A stretch of DNA of 64,000 nt, taken from NCBI GenBank assembly GCA_964519305.1, contig CAZFHY010000001.1, positions 122,032 to 186,031 on the forward strand, read 5' to 3'. Source of the DNA: Candidatus Undinarchaeota archaeon (lineage in GTDB: Archaea > SpSt-1190 > JASMDC01). The notes beneath the pieces are model-generated. The model had not been told where the DNA came from. It searched no databases and worked only from the letters and a program-made list of their open reading frames with translations. How positions within the stretch are numbered: position 1 is the stretch's first letter; each line of letters starts with the position of its first letter. The position numbers and the translations under genes were made by a program. Shown here one piece after another: positions 17,605-26,792 of this stretch.

Positions 17605-19767
17605 CTATGTGCCGGTCCTGCGGAGCACGAGCGCCGTTCGGGACGGTATGTACACCTGCACGGACTGTGCCTGATCGTGGGCCGGGACCTCTTGGCTGGA
17701 CAGTGCGATCGAGTCATCTACACGCCCATGACCGCCGAGGTCGCTCGCATCGCTATCCAGCACGATGCTGTACTCGCCCGCCTCGGGTACACCGAACCGG
17801 TAGTCCGGGATGGATGCCGATGGATTGAAGTTGAAGATGAAGACGAGCCCCCCCCGCTCGAAAATGAGCACGTTGTTGGCCTCGTCCACGTTGAGCCGAC
17901 GGGCAGGGCCCGCGGCAAGCATGCTAGTCTCAGTGGCGAGCCCGATCATGACCTTGTCGAACGCGAGCAGGTATCTGTAGCGGAGGTCCTTGTCATCGGC
18001 CAGCGACCACTGGCGGCGGGCGTGCTTGTAGCTCCAGCTGTTGCCCTCTCGTGGGAAATCGATCCACTCCGGATGGCCGAACTCGTTGCCTATGAAGTTA
18101 AGGTACCCTTCACCGCCCAGGGCGAGCGTGATGAGCCGGATCATCTTGTGGAGGGCCATACCGCGGTCGACGCGAAGGCTCTGATCGCCGGTGCGCATGA
18201 ACCAGTACATGTCCGCATCCATGAGCCAGAACGCGAGGGTCTTGTCCCCCACCAGCGCCTGATCGTGGCTCTCCGCGTAGGCTATGGTCCGCTCTGACGG
18301 ACGCCGGTTGGTGAGCACGTTCCACAGCTCGTTCATGCTCCAGTTCTCGTCGGGAACGTGCTTTAACAGCTTGATCCAGTAGTCCGGGATGCCCATGCCC
18401 AACCGGTAGTCGAAACCAAGGCCTCCCTCGATGACAGCACGTCCGAGTCCCGGCATACCCGACATATCCTCGGCGATGAGCCAGGAACAGGGTTTCACCT
18501 CCTTACAGATAGTGGCAGCCAGCTGGATATACGTGATCGCCTCATGGTCGATGTTGTGCTTGAAGTACATGTCGTAGTGTGTGAAGTCCACCCCGAACCC
18601 GTGATGTAGGTACATCATGGAGGTGATGCCGTCGAACCGGAATCCATCGAAATGATACTCTTCCAGCCAGTACCGCAGATTGGACAGGAGGAAGTGGACT
18701 ACCTCGATCTTCCCGTAGTTGAATAGCATGGAGTCCCAAGATATGTGTTCCCCGCGAGGACCCTCGTGGAAGAACTGCCATACGGTGCCGTCGAACCGGT
18801 TGATACCCTCTGCCAGGTTCTTGACGGCATGGGAGTGCACGAGGTCGAGCAGCACTCGGATGCCTAGGCGGTGAGCGGTGTTCACTAGGTACTTCAGGTC
18901 CTCAGGAGTGCCGAACCTCGATGAGGGGGCGAAGAAGTTCGAGACGTGATAACCGAAGGAGCCGTAATAGGGGTGCTCCTGGACGGCCATGAGCTGGATT
19001 GCGTTGTACCCCAGCTCCTTGATTCGAGGAAGGACGTTGTCCGCGAACTCGCGATAGGTGCCGATGCCCTCCCGTTCCTGGGCCATTCCTACATGTGCTT
19101 CATAGATGACGAGCGGCTCGTCCTTCTGTGGCTTGAATCTGCCGTCGGTCCACTTGAACGGCTTCGGGGGCAGCCATACCTGGCCTGCGAAGTCCTTGGT
19201 ATCATCGTCCTGTACAGCACGACGGACATAGAGCGGGATACGGTCCATGCTCCCCTCCTCGGAGACCACGTGGACCTTGACCTTGCTACCATGGGTGAAC
19301 GTCTTCTTGTACTCCTTCCGGGGCAGGAAGATCTCCCACTGGCCCATCTCCTTCTGCTCCAGTGGATGTGATGTGCGGTCCCAGCCGTTGAAGTCGCCTG
19401 TGAGATAGAGGGCATTGGCATTGGGCGCCCACTCGCGGTACACCCACCCGTCCTTCACCTCGTGGATGCCGAACCAGAGGTGGCCGGAGGCGAACTCCGT
19501 GAGAGAGGAGTTATGTGCGTAGATGTGGTCGAGCATGCGTTCGTAGCGTTCATGACGGAGCCTCAGCTCACGCTTGTAAGGCTCGAGCCATGGATCGACG
19601 ACGATGAGACCGGTGCCGTCGGTGGGCAGGGAAGGTCTTTCCGGCTCCTGTGCTAGAGCGTTCGCTGGGGCCTTACGAGCCTTGGACGGCGGTTTCGTAT
19701 TCACCACCCGCTCGATGCGGGGTCCTTTGACCCGTATCTCCGTCCTAGATCGCTTCTTCCCCGTCAC
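17605..19767 (-). CDS. glgB: 1,4-alpha-glucan (glycogen) branching enzyme, GH13
   Basis: YREWAPNA, YEAHVGMA, EHPYYGSFGYHV, FDGFRFDGITSM, AEDMSGMP, YAESHDQALVGDKT and GNEFGHPEWIDFPR. Confidence 0.95.
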   Translation of the reverse strand: MTGKKRSRTEIRVKGPRIERVVNTKPPSKARKAPANALAQEPERPSLPTDGTGLIVVDPWLEPYKRELRLRHERYERMLDHIYAHNSSLTEFASGHLWFGIHEVKDGWVYREWAPNANALYLTGDFNGWDRTSHPLEQKEMGQWEIFLPRKEYKKTFTHGSKVKVHVVSEEGSMDRIPLYVRRAVQDDDTKDFAGQVWLPPKPFKWTDGRFKPQKDEPLVIYEAHVGMAQEREGIGTYREFADNVLPRIKELGYNAIQLMAVQEHPYYGSFGYHVSNFFAPSSRFGTPEDLKYLVNTAHRLGIRVLLDLVHSHAVKNLAEGINRFDGTVWQFFHEGPRGEHISWDSMLFNYGKIEVVHFLLSNLRYWLEEYHFDGFRFDGITSMMYLHHGFGVDFTHYDMYFKHNIDHEAITYIQLAATICKEVKPCSWLIAEDMSGMPGLGRAVIEGGLGFDYRLGMGIPDYWIKLLKHVPDENWSMNELWNVLTNRRPSERTIAYAESHDQALVGDKTLAFWLMDADMYWFMRTGDQSLRVDRGMALHKMIRLITLALGGEGYLNFIGNEFGHPEWIDFPREGNSWSYKHARRQWSLADDKDLRYRYLLAFDKVMIGLATETSMLAAGPARRLNVDEANNVLIFERGGLVFIFNFNPSASIPDYRFGVPEAGEYSIVLDSDASDLGGHGRVDDSIALSSQEVPAHDQAQSVQVYIPSRTALVLRRTGT

Positions 19768-19844
19768 AGTAACTCCCGCTACCGACCTATCCCTTCGTTA
19801 ATATGAAGCTTTGCTTTACGTAGAAGGAGGCTTGCTCGCCCCTG

Positions 19845-19860
19845 AGAAAGCCTTTTTAAC
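19845..19860 (+). promoter_or_regulatory. BRE/TATA promoter of tRNA pair
   Basis: GAAAGC-CTTTTTAAC, about 28 nt upstream of tRNA-Val. Confidence 0.6.
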
Positions 19861-19887
19861 CTTTGCCCCCTGTGGGGAGGCTGCGGC

Positions 19888-19962
19888 GGGCCTGTGGTCT
19901 AGTTGGTCCATGACATCCGCCTTACTAGCGGGGGATCGCCGGTTCGAATCCGGCCGGGCCCA
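19888..19962 (+). tRNA. tRNA-Val (TAC)
   Basis: Acceptor GGGCCTG/CGGGCCC+A. Anticodon arm TCCGC-CTTACTA-GCGGG. T arm GCCGG-TTCGAAT-CCGGC. CCA is not encoded. Confidence 0.92.
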
Positions 19963-19976
19963 TAGGCCGTCGCGGA

Positions 19977-20053
19977 GCCGATGTGGTGTAGCCTGGTTAG
20001 CACCGGGGACTGTGGATCCCCGAGCTCGGGTTCAAATCCCGGCATCGGCCCCA
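19977..20053 (+). tRNA. tRNA-His (GTG)
   Basis: Acceptor GCCGATG/CATCGGC, discriminator C, encoded CCA. Anticodon arm GGGGA-CTGTGGA-TCCCC. T arm TCGGG-TTCAAAT-CCCGG. Confidence 0.95.
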
Positions 20054-20123
20054 TCTTCACAGTGCTAGTGTGAGCGCTCAACCATGAAGTAATCCCGGAT
20101 GTCAAGTACCGGGATAACCGGAC

Positions 20124-21374
20124 CTAGTATGTCTTGTACTTCTTCACGGACCCTGACCGGAAGGAGCCCCTGAACCGCCTTGGCGGGCCCCGGGATTGCC
20201 TCGGGGGCGGCCGCGCGGCCGCTCCGAACGCGTCCATCGCACGGTTCGAATGGAACCTGTGGTCCACGAGCGTCATTTTCACCCGTGTGAGCCGCTCGAT
20301 ATCGCGCAGGAGGTCGCGTTCCTCCGCCGAGCACAGAGAAAGGGCCATGCCTGACGCCCCGGCCCGCGCCGTACGCCCTATGCGGTGGATGTAGACCTCG
20401 GACTCATTAGGGAGATTATAGTTGACAACGTGTGAGATGTTATCGACGTCGATACCGCGTGCAGCGATGTCCGTAGCAACGAGCACCTGAATGCGGCCCG
20501 ATTTGAAATTGTTCATCGCCTGAGTTCGTCGGTTCTGAGTCTTATTGCCGTGGATGGCATCGGCCTCGATCCCGTGCTTGTTGAGCACGCGGGCCACCTT
20601 GTTCGCCCCGTGCTTCGTGCGGGTGAACACCAAGGCGGATGTCACGTGTCGCATACGGAGGAGCTCGATCAACAATGCATCCTTGGCGTTGCGATCCACG
20701 AAGAAGACGCATTGGTCAACGCTCTCTACTGTGGTCGCCTGAGGAGCCACCTCCACACGGACCGGATCTACGAGAAACTGTTGGACGAGCTCACGTATCG
20801 TCGCTGACATGGTAGCTGAATAGCATTGTGATTGGCGTAGGCGGTGGAACTTGGCAACGATCCGGCGGACGTCATTGATGAAGCCCATGTCTAGCATCCT
20901 GTCCACCTCGTCGAGCACGAAGTACTCGACACCGTTCAGCTTGATGTAACCCTGGTTCATCAGGTCGAGAAGCCGTCCCGGTGTGGCTACGAGGATGTCG
21001 ACGCCCCGGGAAAGGGCCCTGACCTGTTGCCCCTGCTTGACGCCTCCGAACACGACCGTGTGCCTGAACTTGAGGAACCGGCCATAGGTACCAAAGCTCT
21101 CGTCGATCTGTGCAGCGAGCTCTCGCGTGGGCGCGAGAACGAGCACGCGGGGAGATCCCGGAACGGGGACCCAGCGCTCTTCGGACAGTTTTTGAAGAAT
21201 AGGCAATACGAATGCAGCGGTCTTGCCCGTGCCCGTCTGGGCGATGCCGATCAGGTCGCGTCCATTCATGAGATGGGGGATGGCCTGCTCCTGTATCGGC
21301 GTGGGCGTGGTGTATCCTTCTTTATCCAACGCCCGCTGGAGTGGCTCAATGAGATTCAGTTCTTCAAATGACAT
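20124..21374 (-). CDS. DEAD-box RNA helicase (RhlE-like)
   Basis: Starts MSFEELNL after a GAGGT RBS. Q motif PTPIQ, AQTGTGKT, PTRELA, TPGRL, DEVD, SAT, ARGID and HRIGRTARAG. Confidence 0.93.
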   Translation of the reverse strand: MSFEELNLIEPLQRALDKEGYTTPTPIQEQAIPHLMNGRDLIGIAQTGTGKTAAFVLPILQKLSEERWVPVPGSPRVLVLAPTRELAAQIDESFGTYGRFLKFRHTVVFGGVKQGQQVRALSRGVDILVATPGRLLDLMNQGYIKLNGVEYFVLDEVDRMLDMGFINDVRRIVAKFHRLRQSQCYSATMSATIRELVQQFLVDPVRVEVAPQATTVESVDQCVFFVDRNAKDALLIELLRMRHVTSALVFTRTKHGANKVARVLNKHGIEADAIHGNKTQNRRTQAMNNFKSGRIQVLVATDIAARGIDVDNISHVVNYNLPNESEVYIHRIGRTARAGASGMALSLCSAEERDLLRDIERLTRVKMTLVDHRFHSNRAMDAFGAAARPPPRQSRGPPRRFRGSFRSGSVKKYKTY

Positions 21375-21600
21375 GTTTTTACCTCGGGATGATCTGTAGA
21401 ACGTTGATAGATGACCTGAGGATGGCCGGGGGTATTTAAATACCGGGGGTGGGTCCTTCTTTCGGATATGTCCTCGAGCGGGATATCCGTTCTCAGCCCC
21501 AATCATCGGCCTTCACATGCTGCACTGCTATCCAACACCGGGCTTTGAATGGGCCCGGACCCTCAACCTTATTAAAACACTGATGCGATGACCGCCCGGG

Positions 21601-23199
21601 ATGGCGATGATCCACCTCCTCAACGACCTCCTGCGGCCGTTGATACCCGATTCGGTCCTCATCGCCTTCTTCCTGTTCCTTGCAGCGCTCCTCACCGCAC
21701 GTCGGTCCCTATCATGGCAGTTCCGACGTATCGGCCAAGGGACATGGTCGCTTCTGGCGGTCGTGGTCCTCATCACGTTATGGATCAGGCTGACCATCCC
21801 GCCTCTACAGCACGTGATATACGTGGACGAAGCACAGTACATGGAGGCCGGTAAGGAGATGCTGCGGACGGGCCACCAGGGCGAACTGATCCTGTCCGTG
21901 GGATGGCCGTTCGTTCTCAGGCTTGCGTTCGCACTCTTCGGGACATCTAACTGGGTGGCCATCAACACTTCGATCCTGCTCGGAGCGCTCTCCGTCGTTC
22001 CCCTCTTTCTCCTCGCCTACCTAGTAACGGACCGTACCGATCTGGCACTTGTTGCCTCGATGGTGTTGGCGCTCTATCCTCCGCACATCAGGTGGTCGGC
22101 CACCGCTGCGAGCAACGCGTCCTCCCTCTTCTTCATGCTCCTGACGCTCGTGTTCTTCATGGTCTATTATCGGACGGAAAGGACATCCGTGGCGTGGCTC
22201 GCCTGGATGAGCATCGCCTTCACGGCCCAGTTCCGGCCCGAGAACCATGCTCTTATCGTCCTGTTCCTCATCGGTCGGGTCATCATAGGTGGTAGAGGCA
22301 AGCGCATGCCGGGCTCGATATATTTGATCCAGGGCCTCATCATGGTGCTCCTCGTCCTCCCCAATCTTGCACAGGTGCTCGAGGACAATGTGTACACGAA
22401 CTGGATAGAGAGCGATAGTGACGGACGCATGACGGGCAGCAACTGGAGCCTCGCCAATCTCGTCAACAACTCCCGTGAGTACGGTCCGGAACTGTTCGGC
22501 GGCATCTACCACCCGTTGATCGTACCAGTGATGATGGTCATCGGTATGGTCGTTCTTACCACCAGGAAACAGCCCGAGAGCCAGTTCCTCATGACATGGT
22601 TCGTGGTCTTGTGGCTTATCTACTTCACGTCCTGGTTCCAGACCCTGGCGGGGAGGGATAGGTTCTACATGGTCCTGTATCCGGCCATCGCCATCTATGC
22701 GGCAGCGGGAGCTGTCCATCTGGCTGACGCACTATCGACCCACCTCACGAGTTCATGGACGCGGTGGGGCGCCCTCATCATAGTAGCGGTCCTCACCGTC
22801 CATATCTACGTTCCATATACGGTGTTCGGCTCGAAGACGTACTCGCAATCCGCCCTTGCTCTCGAGACGAGGATACCGGAACTGGCGGAACAAGAACTCC
22901 CGCCCGATTGCGTGATCGTCGCGAACTGGCCTGTGATCCTGAGGTCCACTACAGAGCTCGAGGTCGTCGACCTCGATGATTTCGTCCAGCTCCTCCCTGT
23001 CCAGGAGGGATTGTTCGGACGGACCCAGTGCATCCTCTTCTTCGAGGACTACACCTGTCTGGACTGGAAACCCTACCTGGCCCAACGTTGCGACCTTTTC
23101 CGAAGGATGTTCGAGACCGAACCATACAGGAGCTATCAGGAAGGAGAGACCCGGTACACTTTCCATCGCATTACGCGGAGAAATATCGCAGTAGGGTGA
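21601..23199 (+). CDS. GT-C-fold membrane glycosyltransferase (PMT/ArnT-like)
   Basis: About a dozen TM segments. First-loop VDEAQY, FRPEN and RFY motifs, and a soluble C-terminal domain. Confidence 0.75.
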   Translation: MAMIHLLNDLLRPLIPDSVLIAFFLFLAALLTARRSLSWQFRRIGQGTWSLLAVVVLITLWIRLTIPPLQHVIYVDEAQYMEAGKEMLRTGHQGELILSVGWPFVLRLAFALFGTSNWVAINTSILLGALSVVPLFLLAYLVTDRTDLALVASMVLALYPPHIRWSATAASNASSLFFMLLTLVFFMVYYRTERTSVAWLAWMSIAFTAQFRPENHALIVLFLIGRVIIGGRGKRMPGSIYLIQGLIMVLLVLPNLAQVLEDNVYTNWIESDSDGRMTGSNWSLANLVNNSREYGPELFGGIYHPLIVPVMMVIGMVVLTTRKQPESQFLMTWFVVLWLIYFTSWFQTLAGRDRFYMVLYPAIAIYAAAGAVHLADALSTHLTSSWTRWGALIIVAVLTVHIYVPYTVFGSKTYSQSALALETRIPELAEQELPPDCVIVANWPVILRSTTELEVVDLDDFVQLLPVQEGLFGRTQCILFFEDYTCLDWKPYLAQRCDLFRRMFETEPYRSYQEGETRYTFHRITRRNIAVG

Positions 23200-23228
23200 G
23201 GCCTGCTATTCTGGACGTGGTGTCCAGT

Positions 23229-23723
23229 TCACGTTGCGCCTGAAAAGAACGTGTGCGCGATGAGACCAGCGATCGGTGCGAAGAGGATCGTGCTGGCGAT
23301 GTGGATGAGGGTTATCTTCCATCCCAGGATACCCACTGCCATCGGGAGCCGGGCGATCGACAAGAGCCCCCAAGCGGTCAGGAACGCGACCAAGGTCCCA
23401 ACGCCGGCACCTGCCTTGAGGAAACCGGCTGCGATGGGGAAGGTCACATGGGGTCCGCCGGGAGCGAGAGTACCGGCCGCCGTACCGATGAGGATCCCCC
23501 GCGTGCCCGATTCAGCGCTCACCCACTCGGAGACCAGCTCCTCGGGCACTAGGACCTGTACCATCCCGGCCACGACGAACGCAGCTATCAGGAGGGGCAG
23601 GACCTGTACCGTCATGTCCAGGCCGGCCTTCAGACCGGTGATGTGCAGGTCACCTCCCTTTGAGTAGCCAATGTAGAGAAGCACGAGCGCGAGTGCTCCC
23701 ATCAGTAAAGTAGGTGCCAACAT
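23229..23723 (-). CDS. Permease (ArsP/DUF318-like half-size)
   Basis: Hydrophobic protein with GTLAPGGP..TFPIAAGFLKAGAGVG..VAFLTAW. Confidence 0.75.
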   Translation of the reverse strand: MLAPTLLMGALALVLLYIGYSKGGDLHITGLKAGLDMTVQVLPLLIAAFVVAGMVQVLVPEELVSEWVSAESGTRGILIGTAAGTLAPGGPHVTFPIAAGFLKAGAGVGTLVAFLTAWGLLSIARLPMAVGILGWKITLIHIASTILFAPIAGLIAHTFFSGAT

Positions 23724-23798
23724 GGACGGTTTCCTCCTTTTTACTTCCATACGCCAGCATCAGCGAGGTTATCCCGACAAGAAAAAGAACCTTTATTA

Positions 23799-25172
23799 AT
23801 GGGCAGTGGCGGACGCCACAACGTGGGAAGGCATGCACGTGTCGCGTTTATGTTCATCGCCATCGTGATATCCATTTCCTTAGCCCAACAGCTGAATTTC
23901 TACATGAAGCTCCATCATACCTGGAGCGGGACTGTGTTCTTCCCGGACGGCACGAAGCGGCTCATCGGCACATTCCCCCAGCTGGAGGTCGGGAGCGGGT
24001 ATCGGCTCGAACTGGAGCATCAGGACGCACGGATCGTTCTCGGGCTTAGGGACGCTACCGTGGCCTCCGACATCGACCTCGACCTGACCGGGATGAAGGT
24101 TGTTTCCAGTGGCAAAGGTCACTTCATCGGTATCCCTCAGGCCGGATGGCGGGCGATCGCTGACCAGTTAAGGCCCAGGTCCGTCCTCATCTCTTTCCCG
24201 ACGACGGGCGACAAGCTCTATTCATGCGCCAAGGAGGACCCTGTCAACTGCACGACCGCCGACTGGAAAGAGTGTACGACGTGCTCCAAGACCGGACAGG
24301 GATGGATCGTACTCCCGCAGGGGAGCTATGGTACTTCGAGCGATAGCCAGGCACCCGTCGATGTCGTCAAGAAGGCCGACGAACTGCTGAAGTGGAAGGA
24401 GATCCTGATGGCACTTGTGGCACTGGCCGGTATGGGCTGGGGTGCACTGAAGCTCGCAAAGCGGCACACGCTCGGTGAAGAAAAGGTAGAGCTCCTGCGG
24501 GACATCGCTCTCGAGGGAGGCCACGTCAAGCTCACGCTCACAGTGCTCAACCACTCGACCTTCGCCATACGTAAGGTCGAGGTGCACCTGGACGTCCCCG
24601 ACCACCTCAAGGTAAAGGAGCCCGCGGTACTCCCGCTGGAGATGGGCGACGTCGAGGCCGAGGAGCGGATGACGGCGGTGTTCCGGCTCATCCCCATCCA
24701 GCGCGTGACGGGGAACATCCAAGGTACGATAACCTACCTCGACAGGCGTGGGGAGCGCGTCTCGGTAACCCTCAAGGAGGTGCCGGTCCCCTGCCTCTGC
24801 TCGTTCATGGTGAAGACCGCCATCCCAGAGGAGGAGTTCGATGAGAAGCATGGGCATATGGAAACGGTGGTCCGACACAGGAAAAGCACCCAGGAACAGG
24901 ACCCCGTCATCGACGGGCTCAAGGAGCGGTGCAGCGTGCTGGAGGTCATAGCTGAGCGCTGGGATTCCGACGAGGAGTGGATCGGCAAGTACTTCGCCAA
25001 GGAGCGGCACAGCAACCGCGAGTTCGGCCTGGTCATCCGGTACAGCAAGGCCGGGCAGGAAGGAGAGAAAGCCCCGATCGAGATCACCGCCTTCGGCGAG
25101 GACAGGGACACGATCACAGGTCTTGCCGAGGAGATCGCTGCCTTCCTCGATTACGAGGAGGAGAACCAGTAG
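23799..25172 (+). CDS. Membrane protein with C-terminal beta-sandwich + platform domain resembling a coatomer/adaptin appendage
   Basis: N-terminal hydrophobic segment and a second TM ILMALVALAGMGWGAL. The C-terminal ~230 aa contain VLNHS..I..V.V.L, GNIQGTITY, FM....IPEEEF and IEITAF....ITGLAEEI. Confidence 0.7.
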   Translation: MGSGGRHNVGRHARVAFMFIAIVISISLAQQLNFYMKLHHTWSGTVFFPDGTKRLIGTFPQLEVGSGYRLELEHQDARIVLGLRDATVASDIDLDLTGMKVVSSGKGHFIGIPQAGWRAIADQLRPRSVLISFPTTGDKLYSCAKEDPVNCTTADWKECTTCSKTGQGWIVLPQGSYGTSSDSQAPVDVVKKADELLKWKEILMALVALAGMGWGALKLAKRHTLGEEKVELLRDIALEGGHVKLTLTVLNHSTFAIRKVEVHLDVPDHLKVKEPAVLPLEMGDVEAEERMTAVFRLIPIQRVTGNIQGTITYLDRRGERVSVTLKEVPVPCLCSFMVKTAIPEEEFDEKHGHMETVVRHRKSTQEQDPVIDGLKERCSVLEVIAERWDSDEEWIGKYFAKERHSNREFGLVIRYSKAGQEGEKAPIEITAFGEDRDTITGLAEEIAAFLDYEEENQ

Positions 25173-25253
25173 ACAACTCCAATTCACCCCGACTCCCTAT
25201 CGGTTTTTTATTTCATAACCGGTACGGCCACGCATAGCGAGGTTGAACGAGTC

Positions 25254-25745
25254 ATGGCGTTGAAAATGAAATGGCCCACAGCCTGCATCGGATGTGGTGC
25301 GACTGAAGAGGACTCTCCTCTAGGCAAGGAGGAGAACCGGTGGGAGGCTGCACCTGGTGAGGAACTACCGACCGAGGGCAAGGAACGGAAGGCCGCTCGG
25401 AAAGCCCGGTCCCTGTGGGCGACCACCTACGTCTGCAGCGAGTGCAAGGGAAAGGCCCGGAAGAACAGGTTGACCGCCGCTGCCCCGTATCTGGCGGGAT
25501 CCGTGCTTCTTGCCGGTTTTGGTTTCACGTCCCTGGGCGATGGAGCTAGCTCCCTTCCACTCGTGCTCATGGGTGCTGGTGCTCTCCTGCTATTCCCTGC
25601 CATCCACCATATCGAGCAGGGCTCGCATCTGTTCTACTACAACGTCGACCTGGACGCGGATCCCCGCACCGTAACCTTCGACTCAGATGCGTTCCGGAAG
25701 AAGTTCACCGAGGCGAATCCTGACCTGGATATCGAGGTACGCTGA
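25254..25745 (+). CDS. Hypothetical membrane protein with CxxC...CxxC
   Basis: CIGCG and CSECK, followed by two TM helices. Confidence 0.65.
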   Translation: MALKMKWPTACIGCGATEEDSPLGKEENRWEAAPGEELPTEGKERKAARKARSLWATTYVCSECKGKARKNRLTAAAPYLAGSVLLAGFGFTSLGDGASSLPLVLMGAGALLLFPAIHHIEQGSHLFYYNVDLDADPRTVTFDSDAFRKKFTEANPDLDIEVR

Positions 25746-25746
25746 G

Positions 25747-26712
25747 TCAGTACCTGCAGTTAAGTGGTCTGGCCAGGCGTTGCTTCATGAGCGCAAGCTG
25801 CTCGCGCATCTGGTCGATGACCTCGCGTGACCGCGCGTCCGGGCTACCGGCCGCCAGCCGCTCGACCTCGCCCTCGAGCTCCTCGATGTACCCGCTGGGA
25901 TTCTTGTTGCGGTTCCCCCAGTCACCGATGCGGCACTGGCGCTCGGCAACGTAAGGCCCCAGAGCTTCGATGACCTCTTCCTGTAGGTCATCGCTATGCA
26001 CGGCGTGAGGACCGAGGAACGAGAGGGTAGTCCCGTCCTTCTTCATGTCCAGCGCGGCGGTCGAATAGAACACGTTCATATGGAACGTGGGGTACACCTC
26101 CCTGATGCGGTCCTCCAGTCGCTTGAACAGCTCGAGGCTCTGACCTGAGCCCCCAAGGCTGAACATGCTGGCCGACGCCCACTCCAGCCCGGGGCGTTGC
26201 TGGAAGTCCTCGAGGATGGCAGCGTAGGCTGCCTCGACAGAGCTACCGGTGGCCACCGTGTCACCGGTGAGGAGGTGGATGCGTCCCGTCTCGGGCATGG
26301 CCTCGAAGTTCTTGTATGTCACCTCGGCCGTGAAGTCACCATCGTTGCCCACAGCATGACGCTTGATACCAAGGAAGTTGATGGGCAGCTGCTCACCGAA
26401 CACCTTCTGGAAGGCGCGTTCGATGTGATAGTACAGCCCGCCGCTGAGGAGGATGACCTCAACTACCTCGCCCTGGGGCGTGTCGTTGAGCGGGACGAGC
26501 TCGGCCGCGACCTTGAGCGCGTTCTTCATGGCCTCGAGCGAGGTGGCCTGCAGCGGCTCACCGGCCAGCCACGGCTTGAACAGCATCTCCCTACCGTACT
26601 GCTCATCGATGATGTAGGTCCGCTCGGGGACGCCGTCCATCACCACCCGGTACACCCGGATACCCTTGATCGTCCGCCGTTCGAGCTGGTAGTCATTTGC
26701 CTCGGCCATCAT
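25747..26712 (-). CDS. Phosphoribosyltransferase-like (UPRTase-like fold) protein
   Basis: ILLSGGLYY and LLTGDTVATGSS (PRPP-loop-like). Confidence 0.6.
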   Translation of the reverse strand: MMAEANDYQLERRTIKGIRVYRVVMDGVPERTYIIDEQYGREMLFKPWLAGEPLQATSLEAMKNALKVAAELVPLNDTPQGEVVEVILLSGGLYYHIERAFQKVFGEQLPINFLGIKRHAVGNDGDFTAEVTYKNFEAMPETGRIHLLTGDTVATGSSVEAAYAAILEDFQQRPGLEWASASMFSLGGSGQSLELFKRLEDRIREVYPTFHMNVFYSTAALDMKKDGTTLSFLGPHAVHSDDLQEEVIEALGPYVAERQCRIGDWGNRNKNPSGYIEELEGEVERLAAGSPDARSREVIDQMREQLALMKQRLARPLNCRY

Positions 26713-26792
26713 AATCCACCTTGGAGTGGATTGACGCCAAACGCGTAGAAATAAAAGTCTCCGTTCGCCCCGGGGTCGCGGGAAAGGGAACC

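Noticed and set aside
17571-17717. Upstream extensions given by the ORF track (also for alaXM, the helicase, cyclase, Spo0M, add, rps6e, eif2g and PIN)
   Set aside because: The extensions overlap neighbouring genes or promoters. The downstream ATG/GTG starts fit the RBS/TATA positions and family N-termini.
20895-20915. DEVD instead of DEAD in the helicase
   Set aside because: This is a common tolerated variant, and the other motifs are intact.
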